From assembly GCF_009914755.1 (NCBI RefSeq), contig NC_060928.1: a DNA stretch of 64,000 nt, one strand, 5' to 3'. The number at the start of each line of letters is the position of its first letter. The stretch's first letter is position 1. The notes beneath the pieces were generated by a model that saw only the letters and a program-made list of their open reading frames with translations, was not told the DNA's origin and made no database searches. Shown here in pieces: positions 39,045 through 51,300 of this stretch. This DNA comes from the human T2T-CHM13v2.0 reference genome, Homo sapiens. Made by a program: the position numbers and the translations under genes.

Positions 39045-40253
39045 ATGTTTCCTTTCATTGCTAACTAGCATTTCATATACTTGACCATATGGATGTACCA
39101 CAGTTTGTTTATCCATTCACTGACTGAAGGACATCAGCTTTGTTTCCAATATTTGGTTACTAACGATAAAGCTGCTATATATATTCATCAACTTACTCTT
39201 TATAGATCTTTAAAAAATTGAATTTTCAAAGTAGATCTTAAATTAGAGTTTAAAATTGAATACTGCTATATCACTTCACATGTAGTAAAGGATTTTACAA
39301 AAGTATATTCTAATTCCTTCCATCTATCCTGTTTTATGTATGTTGAAATACATAACATATTTGTAATATTTTTACATAAACAGTTATGTTTTAGAGATTT
39401 TTCTGTTAAGCCAAAATTGAACTTTACCTTCCTTTATTACATTTCCAATGTTATTTATTCCTTTGCCCAATTCCACATGTAAATAATTATTTTTTTTCCT
39501 TATGAAGAACTTTCTTTAACACTTCTAATTCTCTGATTTGATTGGTTAACAAGTCTTTCATTTTTGAAAGACATTTTTGCATAGTAGAGAATTATGGGGT
39601 GACAGGTTTCTTTTTTTTTCTTTCAGCACTCTGAAGATGCTATTCTATTGCCTTCTGTATTGCATGGTTGCTCACAAAATGTCAGCCATAGTTCTCATAT
39701 TTGTTCCTCTGTATGTAATTTATTTCCCTCTCACTGGCTGCATTCAATATTTTGTTTTCAGCAGTATAAATATCTGTAGGGCTTTTTCTTTGTTTTGTTT
39801 TAATTTTGCAGCATTTATTATACTTAGTGACCTCTGAGCTTCTTACAGTCTGCCATTAACTTTGGAAATCTGTCACTAATTGTTCAATTTTTGTTTTCTG
39901 CACTGTTTTTTTTTTTTAACCTTCTCTTTTCAGGATTTCAATTATGGATATTTGGAATGTTTTGTTTCACCTCAATTAAATGTTTTGGTCTGTTCTTTTT
40001 TTTTTTTCTTTCTTTCTATTTGTATTTCAGTTTGGGTAGTTTGTTTTGCCCTACCTTTAAGCTCACTGATTATTTTCTCAGCTGTGGCAAGTCTACTACT
40101 GAGCTCTTGAAGGCATTCTTTATTTATGTTTCTGTGTTTTCCTTTCCTATCAATTTTAATTAACTCCCTCTTTTAGTTCCTATCTTTCTGTTGAAATTAA
40201 TTATGTGATTGCATGTGGTCTATAACTTTATTAAAGCCATTAATATATTAATC
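39045..40253 (-). mobile_element. Old L1M fragments (host of the L1PB insertion)
   Basis: 'atggatgtaccacagtttgtttatccattcac' and 'tttttctttcagcactctgaagatgctattctattgccttctg'. Continues beyond 44590. Confidence 0.75.
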
Positions 40254-40260
40254 ATAGTTA

Positions 40261-43200
40261 TTTTATTTTATTTTATTTATTTAATTTTTTTTTCCCCAAC
40301 TTTTTTTTTTCCCATAGGTTTTTAGGGAACAGCGGTGGTGTTGATTACATGAATAAGTTCTTTAGTGGTGATTTCTGAGATTTTGGTGCACCCATCACCT
40401 GAGCAGTATACACCATACCCAGTTTGTAAATTTTTAATCCCTCATCCCCCTCCCACACTTTCCCCTGAGTCCCTAAAGTCCACTGTATCATTCTTAAGCC
40501 TTTGCATCCTCATAGCTTAGCTCCGACTTATAAGTGAGAACATACAATATTTGCTTTTCCTTTCCTGAGTTACTTCACTTAGAATAATGGTCTCCAATTC
40601 CATCCAGGTTGCTGTGAATGACATTATTTTATTCTTTGTATGGCTGAGTAGTGTTCCATGGTGTGTATATATAAAACACACCATGGAATACTGTGATATA
40701 TGTATATATCACAATTTCTTTATCTGCTCATTGATTAATGGACATTTAATATAATAGTATTCTAAATATATATATACACACACACACACATACATGTAAA
40801 TACACACACACAACATGGAATACTGTGATATATGTGTGTGTATATACACACACACATATATGTATATCACATATATGTGTATATATATATACACACACAC
40901 ACACACATATATGTGTATCACAATTTATTTGTCCACTCATTGATTGATGGGCATTTGGGCTGGTTTCATATTTTTGCAATTACAAATTGTGCTGCTATAA
41001 ACATGCATGTGCAAGTATCATTTTCATATAATGGCTTATTTTTTCCCTCTGGGTAGATAGGCAGCAGTGGGATTGCTAGGTCAAATAGTAGTTCTACTTT
41101 TAGTTCTTTAAGGAATCCCCACAGTGTTTTTCATAGTGTTTGTACTAGTTTACATTCCTACCAGCAGTGTAGAAGTGTTCCCTTTTCACTGCATCTATGC
41201 CAACATCTATTATTCTTTGATTTTTTGATTATGGCCATTTTTGCAGGCGTAAGATGGTATCACATTGCGGTTTTGATTTGCATTTCTGTGATCATTAGTG
41301 ATGTTGAACATTTTTTCATATGTTTGTTGGCCATTTGTATATCTTCTTTTGAGAATTGTCTGTTCATGTTGTTAGCCCACTTTTTGATGGGATTGTTTCT
41401 CCTTGATAATTTGTTTGCGTTCCTTGTAGATTCTGGATGTTAGTCCTTTGTCAGATATATAGATTGTGAAATTTTCCTCCCACTCTGTTTACTCTGCTGA
41501 TTATTTCTTTTGCTGTGCTTTTTAGTTAAATTAATTCTCAAATACTTGTCTTTGTTTTTGTTGCATTTGCTTTTGGGTTCTTGGTCATGAAATATTTGCC
41601 TAAGCCAATGTCCAGAAGGGTTTTTCCGATGGTATCTATTATAATTTTTATGGTTTCAGGTCTTAGATTTAAGTCCTTGATCCATCTTGAGTTGATTTTT
41701 TTATAAGGTGAGAGATAATGATCCAGTTTTATTCTTCTACATGCATCTTGCCAATTATCCCGGCAACATTTGTTGAATAAGGTTTCTTGAACCCATTTTG
41801 TGTTTCTGCTTGTTTTGTTGAGTTTGGGTGTGAGAATTTGGCTTTATTTCTGGTTCTCTATTCTGTTCCAATGGCCTATGTGCCATTTTAATACCAGTAC
41901 TGTGCTCTTTTGGTGACTATAGCTTTTTGGTGTAGTTTGAAGTCAGGTAATGAGATGCCTCCAGATTTGTTATTTTTGCTTTGTCTTGCTTTGGCTATAT
42001 GGGCTCTTTTTGGGTTCCATGTGAGTTTTAAGATGGCTTTTTCTAGTTCTGTGAAGAACAACATATTTTGATGGGAATTGCATTGAATTAATAGATTGTT
42101 TTTGGCAGTATGGTCATTTTCACAGTATTGATTCTACCCATCCATGAGCATGGGAGGAGTCTCCATTTGTTTGTGTCATCTATGATGTCTTTCAGCAGTG
42201 CTTTGTAGTTTTGTCTGTAGAGGTCTTTCACCTCCCTGGTTAGGTATATTCCTAAGTATTTTATTTATTTTATTTTATTTTTGCAGCTATTGTAAAAGGG
42301 GTTGCGTTCTTGATCTGATTCTCAGCTTGGTCGCTGTTGGTGTATAGCAGCACTACTGATTTATGCACATTAATATTATATCCTAAAACTTTGTTGAATT
42401 CATTTATCAGTTCTAGGAGCTTTTCGGAGCAGTCTTTAGGGTTTTCTATGTACCCAGTCATATTGTCAGGAAACAGCAACAGTTTGATTTCCTCTTTACC
42501 AACTTGGATGCCCTTTATTTTTTTCTTTTTTCTGATTGCTCTGCTAGGACTTTCAGTACTATGTTGAATAGAAATGGTGTGAGTGGGCAACCTTTTCTTG
42601 TTTCAGTTCTCAGGGGGAATGATTTCAATTTTTCCCCATTCAGTATTATGTTGGCTGTGGGTTTGTAATAGATGGCTTTTATTACATTTAGGTATATCTT
42701 CTATGTTGATTTTGCTGAGTGTTTTAATCATAAAGAAATGCTGGATTTTGTCAAATGCTTTCTCTGCATCTATTGAGATGATCATGTGATTTTTGTTTTT
42801 AATTCTGGTTATGTGGTGTATTACATTTATTGTCTTGCATATGTTAAACCATCTCTGCATCCCTTGTATGAAACCCATTTAATCATGGTGGATTATATTT
42901 TTGATATGCTTTTGGATTTGGTTAGCTGGCATTTTCTTAAGGGTTTTTGCATCTATATTCATTAGTTGTTGTTACGTCCTTTCCTGGTTTTGGTATTAAT
43001 GTGATACTGGCTTCATAGAATGATTTAGGGAGGATTTTCTCTTTCTCTATAGTGTGGAATAGTGTCAATAGAATTGGTACCAATTCCTCTTTGAATGTCT
43101 AGTAGAATTCAGCTGCGAATCTGTCTGGTCCTGGACATTGTTTTGTTGGCAATTTTGTTTTATTACCATTTCAATCTCACTGCTTGTTATTGGCTTATTC

Positions 43201-44577
43201 AGAGTTTCTATTTCTTCCTGGTTTAATCTATGAGGGTTCTATATTTCCAGAAATTTATCCATCTTCTCTAGGTCTTCTAGTTTTTGTGCACAAAGGTGTT
43301 TATAGTAGCCTTGAGTGATCTTTTGTATTTCTTTGGTGTTTGTTGGAATATTTCCCATTTCAGAAGTTTTGATAGGTTGTGTCACTATTATCATTCAGTT
43401 CAAATAATTTTTAAATTTCTACCTTGATTTCATTATTAACCCAATGATTATTCCGGAACAGGTCATTTAATTTTCATGTATTTGCATGGTTTTGAGGGGG
43501 TTTATTTTGGAGATGATTTCCAATTTTATTCTACTGTGGTCTGAGAGAGTACTTGCTATAATTTTGATTTTCTCAAATTTACTGAGACTTGTTTTGTGGC
43601 CTATCGTATAGTTTATCTTGGAGAATGTTCTATGTGCTGATTAATAGAATGTATATTCTGCAGTTGTTAGACAGAATGTTCTGTAAATATCTGTTAAATC
43701 TTTTTTTCTAGGGGATAGTTTATATCAATAATTTTTTTATTGACTTTCTATCTTGATGACCTACCTAGTGCTGTCAGTGGAATATTGAAGTCCCCCACTT
43801 TTATTGTATTGCTGTCTATCTCATTTCTTAGGTCTAGTAGTAATTATTTTATAAATTTGGGAGCTCTAGTGTTAGGTGCATATATATTTACAATTGTTAT
43901 GTTTTTCTGTTGGAGAAGTCCTTTTATCATTGTATAATATCCCTCTTTGTCTTTTTTGACTGCTGTTGTATTAAAGTTTGTTTTGTCTGACACAAGAATA
44001 GCTATTCCTGCTTGCTTTTGGTGTCTATCTGCATGAATATCTTTTTACATCATTTTACTTTATTTGAGTCCTTATGTGTTAGGTGAGTCTCTTGAAGACA
44101 GCTGATACTTGGTTGGTGATTTCTTATCTATTCTGCCATTCTATATATTTTAAGTGGAGCATTTATGTCATTTACATTCACAGCATTGAGACATGAGATA
44201 GTGTTTTATGTATTGTGCTATTTGTTGCCTGAATACCTTGTGTGTTTTTATTGTAATTGTGATTTTGTTTTATAAGCCCTGTGATATTTATGCTTTACAG
44301 AGGTTCTATATTTTGGTGTATTTTGAATATTTGTTTTAAGATTTAGAGCTCCTTTTAGTAGTCTTGTAGTGCTGGCTTGGTAGTGGAAAATTCTCTCAGC
44401 ATTTGTGTTTCTGAAAAAGACTGTATCTTTCCTTCATTTATGAGGCTTAGTTTCACTGGATACAAAATTCTGGACTGATAATTGTTTTGCTTAAGGAGGC
44501 TGAAGATAGGGCCCCAAACCCTTCTAGCTTGTAGGGTTTCTGCTGATAAATATGTTGTTAATCTGATAGATTTTGTA
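40261..44577 (-). mobile_element. 5'-truncated L1PB-type element (3' UTR, ORF2 with internal deletion, end of ORF1)
   Basis: L1PB 3' end 'gattacatgaataagttctttagtggtgatttctgagattttggtgcacccatcacc'. RT peptides 42603-42878 '[14 protein letters not shown]' and 42270-42590. TSD atagttatttta (40254-40265 and 44578-44589). Confidence 0.96.
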
Positions 44578-44589
44578 ATAGTTATTTTA

Positions 44590-45170
44590 AATTTCCTCTC
44601 AGTTCTAAGATAGGTGCCATGTCCAAGTCTAGTTCTAATGATTGTTTACAATATGCTTTTACCAATGAGCAGGAGTGATGGTTGCCTGCTTCTCCCCACA
44701 ATCTCATAGATCATGACTTTTTTTTTCATGAACAAAAGAAATTGGATCTAGAGGAAGTTTCTTGCTTCTTCCACATGATATCTGCTGTTTTCCTTCCTCA
44801 AGCCTGTACCACAATAGGAATTTATCAGGGCTTTCTTCAATTATTTTATGAATGCCTAGTGGAGTTGGTAGAGAAAGACCTTGAAATGTATAGATTCCTC
44901 CAGTTTTTATAGCTCCGAATTTTCACACTGTCTTCTGAATTTGGCATTTTAAAATTGTCAGCACTTCTTTTTCAACTCTTTTTATTGGTATCTGGTCATG
45001 TCTACTAAAATAAATGAATGCTTTATCTCTCTTCCTTCTTTCAACGTATTTTGGGGAAGTTGTCCTTCCACTCCAGCTCTGTTTTGAATACAGTAAAAGT
45101 CATGATATTAACTATAAGAGCAAAACTACTTCTAGCTTTCTACATCTTGAACATGAAGCCAGATACCATG
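44590..45170 (-). mobile_element. Old L1M 5' fragment (continuation of host element)
   Basis: Degenerate L1 5' region resuming after the TSD. Confidence 0.45.
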
Positions 45171-45224
45171 TATTTTGAAGATAAAATGAGATAACAACAA
45201 CAATCATGATCATCATGATAATAA

Positions 45225-45450
45225 ATTTTATACTTACAAAAGGAGTGCTGTTCTAAGTGCTTTAACTTCACTGTCTCATTTATTATCATTGTAATAATAT
45301 AAAGTAGGGTAGATATTCTTATTTATATTTTCCAGACAAAGTATAGAGACAAATACATATTGCGGTATTGTATTTATGCAAATTGCTACATGAAAAGTAA
45401 AAACTTAAGCCAAATCCTGACCCACAGTCTATACCAGTAAGCATTAAACA
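45225..45450 (-). mobile_element. MIR
   Basis: 'gtgctgttctaagtgcttta...tgtctcattta...aagtaggg...atattttccagacaaag'. Confidence 0.65.
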
Positions 45451-46787
45451 TGTTTTGTTTCTGTCATGTGAGGGAGCAAATGAAAGCATCTAACATATCT
45501 CACAACGTTTATGGCTGTAATTGGTAGATGCTCAGCAAATGTTTTCCTCCTCTCTTTTCTATTCTTTGTTTCAAGTTCTTGCTGACATTTATTGTCATCT
45601 CAAGAATGCCAAAATTCATTAAAAACAATTCTTGTTCTTTTTGCAAGCCTTTGCACAGTGTTTTTTTTTTTTTAACACTGTCACATTGTTTGTGACACAT
45701 GTTACTCAGCAGCTTGAGCATTTTAGTTCACAAATAGAATCTGAGTTGTTATTGATTTATTTTTCCCCTACTTAGGGCAAAGTAAACTTTCCAACTTGTG
45801 TTTGTTTTTAGTTAATAAGCGGATTGAGTGGTTAGTGGTGATGCTTACTTCTTGTGGTTACTGTGGCCAGAGCTGAAGCTTCCGGCCACTTAGGAAAGCA
45901 TCCAGTGTTAGTGTATGCTATTTCCCCTTTTGAAGGTAAGAAATGAGTACACAAGCAACAGAGAAATAAATAATCTGAGAGTATTTATAGGAGCTACACT
46001 ATGCAATTTTGACCTAAGTCATTTCCCAGAACAGCAGCTCTATCATACACTGATGATTTATAAAGGCTTAGATTGCCCTCTTGAAACCACAAATCTGTTA
46101 CACTGATGTCTTTAATTTCCTTTTGTTCTGTCCTAAGCTAACCCTATCATTGTCAAGCACCAACAGGGCACAGAGAGAGAAATCCAGGTGGGAGCATTCA
46201 ATTTAACCAGAAACTATATTCACAGGCCCCTCTTGATCTAATCAGAATTCCAGACATTTTCTTTCAGAAGAAAGCTTTGTCTTCATATCTTGTCATGTTA
46301 AAAGACACTTAAAGCTCTTATTAGAACACAGTTCAATTTTAACCTTTTGAGACACAATGGTCTTTAATTAATAAGCTAATGGACCCCATTTTTTTATTCA
46401 CTTTGACAGTCAGTGCATGGACATCTGATTTTGATTTGAATTGCTTATCTCATAAAGATATCAGTCTCTTTGGTTACCCTTTTTGTTTCAGAACAGTCCT
46501 ATTTTATGCATTTTCCTTCTTAATATCTCATATTTAAAAAAAATTAGGACCAGGGGCAAGAATTTCTTACCTAAAAGTAATTTTCCCAAATCTAAACAAT
46601 TATTTCATATACATTCTATATTTATTTTATGTAAAATAAAAGGATAATTTAATAGTTTTAGGAACAGTCCTGTGGGAGGTAGAATTCCAAGGTGACCCCA
46701 AGTGACACTCATCTTTATATAATCTCTTCCTCTTATGAGAATGGAACTTATGAATATTACAAAACGTCATTCCTGTGATTATGTTAC

Positions 46788-47048
46788 TGTTATAGAGTGT
46801 ATTTTTTGTATAATCCAAAATTCATATGCTGCACTCCTTACCACCAATGTAATGGTATTAAGAGGTAGGTCTTTTGAGAGGTGCCTAAGTCATGAGGACC
46901 ACTGATGAACCAGGAAGCAGGACTTTGTCAGATATCTGATTTGCTGGTGCCTTGATCTTGGCTTTCCCAGGCTCCAGAATTCTACATTTCTGTTGTTCAT
47001 AAGTCATCCAGTTTATGGCACGTTCCTATAGCAGCCTGCACTAAGACA
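46788..47048 (+). mobile_element. Internally deleted MLT1A/MST-type LTR nested in MLT1E
   Basis: 'ccaaaattcatatgctg...aatgtaatggtattaagaggtagg' and 'gctggtgccttgatcttgg...ctaagaca'. Confidence 0.8.
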
Positions 47049-47529
47049 GATAACTTCTGTGGCAAAAGGGGTTTGAAAATACAATAATGCCCCAAATTGA
47101 TTGACCTTAAGATAGGAAGATTATCTGGATGGGACTGACCTGATCACATGAGCCTTTTAAATCTGGGTCTAGAAGTCAGAGATGGAGGAATTCAGGGACT
47201 CAAAGCAAAAGAAAGATTTGATGTGCCATCACTGGCTTGAAGATTGAAGGTGTCACATGGCAGGGAATGCAAGCAGCCTCTAGCTGAGAGTAGCCCCTGA
47301 ATGACAACCAGCAAGGATATAGAAATCACACACTGAATTTAATTCAAGTAACTTAACCCTGCCAGAAAAAATGAATTTGAATTTAGAATTTTCCCCAGAG
47401 CCTTTAGACAAGAACTCAACTACCCTGACATCTGTATTTCAGTGTGGTGATACCATGAGCAGAGAACCTAGTCATATCATGTTAGATTTCTGATCTACAA
47501 AACTTTGAGCTAATAAGTGGGTGTTGGTA

Positions 47530-47648
47530 GTTCAGGTGTGATGGTTCACACCTGTAATCACAGAACTTTGGGAGGCCAAGACAGGAGGACTGTGTGAGCC
47601 CAGAAGTTCATGTCCAGCTGGGACAACATGGCAAGACCCCCATCTCTA

Positions 47649-47687
<39 letters not shown>

Positions 47688-47690
47688 ATA
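47530..47690 (+). mobile_element. Alu left monomer (FLAM-like) with (AAAT)n tail
   Basis: 'caggtgtgatggttcacacctgtaatcacagaactttgggaggccaagacaggagga...gcaagaccccatctcta(taaa)n'. Confidence 0.88.
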
Positions 47691-48650
47691 GGGGTTATTT
47701 TATGTTGCTAAACTTGTGGTAAATTGTTATGCATAATAGAAAACAGATGCATCTCTATTCTGCTTGTGTTATGCTGAATATTCATTTGCCTCATGCTCTT
47801 CCTACAACTAATGATATCCACATTTTTGTTACCTGCCTGGAAATTTAATTATTTAAAATAAAAAAGCATTCATTAAAGTAAGTCAAATAGCTGTCACACA
47901 AGTGATAGATTTACTTCATAGAAGGATTCATTCAGTGTTTAAAGACTTATATTTTGTCTATATCTTAATAAACATGTTATTGTATACTTTCTATTCTGTA
48001 AGGATCAAAATTAGATTATAAAGGAGAATAAGTTGAGAAGTAAAAGCTGAAAGGCTCATAAGTAAGAAAAATACATAAATTTGTAAAACAAACTAAAGAG
48101 ACACAAAGCAGTGTAGTCTGAGCTCACTAACTCTTAATTATGTTCATTTGAAGAAATAGAAGCAGTGAGTGAGTTTACTCTGATTCCCCAGAGGAAGTGG
48201 GTAACATTAAGTACTGGATTGACTGTGTTACTTTAAACCTTGAGATAAAAAAAGACCCACAGAAGTTTTTGCTCATTAAAGAGAATTTTAAGAAAAGTCT
48301 GTCTTGCAAGTACTCTAGAGTAAATGGGCAGCTATCTTAAGAAATAAACTTTTGTTACATTTAGCCCTTGGAGTTCCAGAGTTGTTTGTTACCACAGCCT
48401 CAACTGAAACTGTCCTGACTGACCTAAATATATTCATAACTCCAGTCTTCTTAGTTTTTATGCGATACAAATTCATTCTTGTAGTTTCTTATGTGAAAAG
48501 TATTAAAATTATCCTTAACCCTTCTCTTTCTCTCTTTCATCACTGAATATTCAACATGAAATCTATAACTAATCTTGTTGTTTCTATCTCCAAAATGTAT
48601 TAGCTTCTCACCATTACTGCTCCACCATGACCTAAACATATGAGCCCAAT

Positions 48651-50548
48651 GGTTACAGAATCTTTGGGGTGTCAATTTTCTGGCCAGAAACCTCTGTGGC
48701 TGGTGGCTTCTTTTTCCGAGTTTTTCTTGGGCCCACTGGGCTCATTCTTCCCACTCAGCCTGGCAGACTGCACTCTGCTCACACTACCAGCCTGGATACC
48801 ACCTCTGCCAATGTAGACTGCATGGACTGGTAAGGGATGTGTGAGCAGGTGTAGGCTCTGGCCACTGTGCAGTCAGACATGCTGGCTACTACAGCAAGGC
48901 AGGCAGTTCCAGGTGCCAGCATGGGCACTTGCTCTCTCTGAAGCTGCTGCTGGACCAGACACACCACAAACAGCTTCCACAGCTAGCACCAGGGAACATG
49001 GTGGTGTCTGGAAACTTGGAGATGCCAGGAACCACGGGACCCCAAAAAGGGAGTGACAGCTCTGGATCAGGGAGCTCCCAGGTCTGGGATCCCCAATGGA
49101 CCATAGCTTTTCTTTCCTTATCTTTTCCCGAAATGTGGCAAGCAAGGGGCATGTCTCAGCCCTGTTCGTGTTACCGCTCTTTTAGCCTCATTCAGTGGGT
49201 CCAAAGTTATTGTCCTCTGCCCAGGAAGAATAAGGTATGCAGACAAGTGAGGGTGAGCAAGACAAAGAGGAGCTTTATTGAGCAATAGAATAGCTCCAAG
49301 GAGACCGGCAGTAGGTAGCTCCTTTCTGCAGCCAGGGTGTCCTGACAAGTGTTCAGTTCCTAGCAGAGAGGAGACCCTGGAGTGGGAAGCTCCTTTCTGC
49401 AGGCAGTCGTCCCATCACCTCTGAACCTCTCAGCAGAGAGGAGGCCTTGAAGTGGGTTGCTCCTCTCTGCAAGCAGGTCCTCCCATCATCTCCTCAGCTC
49501 TCAGCAGAGAGGAGGCCCTGTAGTGAGTTGCTCCTCTCTGCAGCTAGTCATCCCAATGTCTCTGCAGATCTCAGCAGAAAGAAGGCCCTGGAGCAGGTTG
49601 CACCCTCTGCAGGCAGGTTATCTCATCATCTTCCCAGCTCTCAGCAAAGACGAGGCCCTGGAGTGTGTAGCCCTTCTCTGCAGGTGGTCATCCCAAGGTC
49701 TACTCTGCTGTGGCTGAGCCCATGAGCCTCGGAGTGGAGGAGGTGCATGATGATTGTCATGGATGGCCATGGATGGGCCCGGAAAAATGACTACAGGTTC
49801 CCACTCTAGTTAGGGACTGGCGGCCTGGTCCCCAGCCTTCAAGCCCTCCCTGGTCTGAAGGTGGAGCCTCAGCAGGGACCTGCCCCCTTCCAACCAGAAC
49901 CCTGTCTGCCTCCATCCATGGGTCCAGGCTGCTCGCACCAGGGGGCACCCACAGGCAAGTACCAAGCTGCCCTCAGCACCCCATCGGCTCCCTCCTACCA
50001 CACTTGTTGGAGCCCAAAGTCCAGAGGGAGGTGAGGCAGCAAGGGCCTGGCATGTCAATGTTGTCCCAGCACTCAAGGGTGGCACAGGGCAGACTGGATT
50101 GCGGCCTAGAGCCTGGCTGTTGGGAGTGTCAGGCTCAGCAGTCATCCCAATGTGGGGCAGACCCCAGGCAGCCCTGCACAGAACCTCCTCCCAAGGCACA
50201 GGAACTTTGCACCCTTGGTGGGGTGGGTGCAGTGGCCAGGTCCCTGAGGTGGGCACCAGTCCTATTTCCTGTCCCAAGGCTCAAAGCACAGCCCAGCTCC
50301 TTGCTTTGGGCTTGGCCCCTGTGCTTTGTGTGCAAGTGCGGCACTGCCCCAGGTCCAGCTTTGCCTCAGGACCCCCCTCTGTTTAACTGCACTACTCCCC
50401 CACCAGCAGGTGTCACAGGCCAGCCCCATCCTGGCAGCCCTCAGGGTGGTGGGCTACAGAGGTGGGCTACCCACCTTCTCCCTGTGCTCTCCCTGCAGTG
50501 GCTGGCATCATGGCAGTGGGTGCTCCAGGCAGTCTGCTGCTGCCATCA
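48651..50548 (-). mobile_element. ERV1 solo LTR, MER52 family (about 1.9 kb, GC-rich)
   Basis: The minus strand starts 'tgatggcagcagcagactgcctggagcacccactgcc'. The other end is 'gttacagaatctttggggtgtc...ggccagaaacctctgtggc'. Near-TSD of 4 bp, caat/cagt. Confidence 0.88.
49310..49710. repeat. About 70-bp tandem repeat (5-6 diverged copies) inside the MER52 LTR
   Basis: Recurring unit 'tcagcagagaggaggccctggagtgggttgctcctctctgcaggcaggtc.tcccatcatctc..cagctc'. Confidence 0.9.
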
Positions 50549-51074
50549 CAGTTGTTACAGTAGCTTTCAAATTGCTTTTCATAAAAACTGGCTAGGTATC
50601 TTCCCTGATAAATGATATATTTGGTTAGATAGTCTATTATAAATAGACTAATAGACAAAATAGACATAGACCTAAAAGAAGGAGAAGCTACCTGGGATAT
50701 GAGAAAGCATCTCAATTCAAGTAGTTTCAAAATAGGAGGTGAATGACTTATGCTTGCTCTCCAGGTAAACTCAGTAGACATAGGATCAATTTTATTAAAA
50801 TTTGTTCTTTTAAAGAAGATATAAATGTGAAAGGAGAAGGACAAAAACAACCCTTCGGTGTTGGATTAAATTTAGAAATGTTAGCATTATTTTATGATTC
50901 AATCAATATATATTTTCTAAGGGCTGAATGCTGTGAAAGGGCCAAGGTGTAAATCACACCTCCAAAAGAATGAGCATGTTTAGCACACTAATTTACTTTA
51001 AGATATTATCTCCCATTGTAAGGGACTAGGCTTCCTGGACAAATGGCCAGTTCTAGGATTAGATGAGAGAAAAA

Positions 51075-51300
51075 AACATGTTGAACCCAAAATACATTAT
51101 TGTACCAAAGAAAAAGCAGGACTCAAAACCTGGTGAAAACATGTCAAAAGGATACAGGAGCCAACTTGAATTGGCTCGCACTGGCCAATAGGAGCAATAT
51201 GAGCCTTGCAATAAGTAATGACAGTGACAGAGAATGACATATATAAAATATAAGATGTGTCCCATAAAATATTTCAAGATGTATTCCTTGAATTGCATGG
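51075..51300 (+). mobile_element. Old L1 (L1MC/MD) 3' UTR fragment
   Basis: 'aaaacatgtcaaaaggatacaggagccaacttgaa...cactggccaa'. Confidence 0.65.

Larger units (their letters stand above)
46671..47751 (+). mobile_element. MaLR solo LTR, MLT1E-like, with nested MLT1A-like LTR and FLAM
   Basis: 'tgtgggaggtagaattccaaggtgacccc', 'gaccttaagataggaagattatctggatggg' and end 'tgtggtaaattgttatgcataatagaaaacagatgca'. Confidence 0.85.

Noticed and set aside
40709-41056. ORFs rich in Y/I/V/C/H/T
   Set aside because: They are translations of TA/CA microsatellites.
49310-49710. Tandem array superficially like a CRISPR array
   Set aside because: Units are contiguous diverged copies with no unique spacers, lie inside an ERV LTR in primate DNA, and no cas genes are present.
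48779-50850. Many overlapping ORFs, including 203 aa at 50004-50615
   Set aside because: They reflect stop-codon scarcity in a GC-rich MER52 LTR, occur on both strands, and show no recognisable domain.
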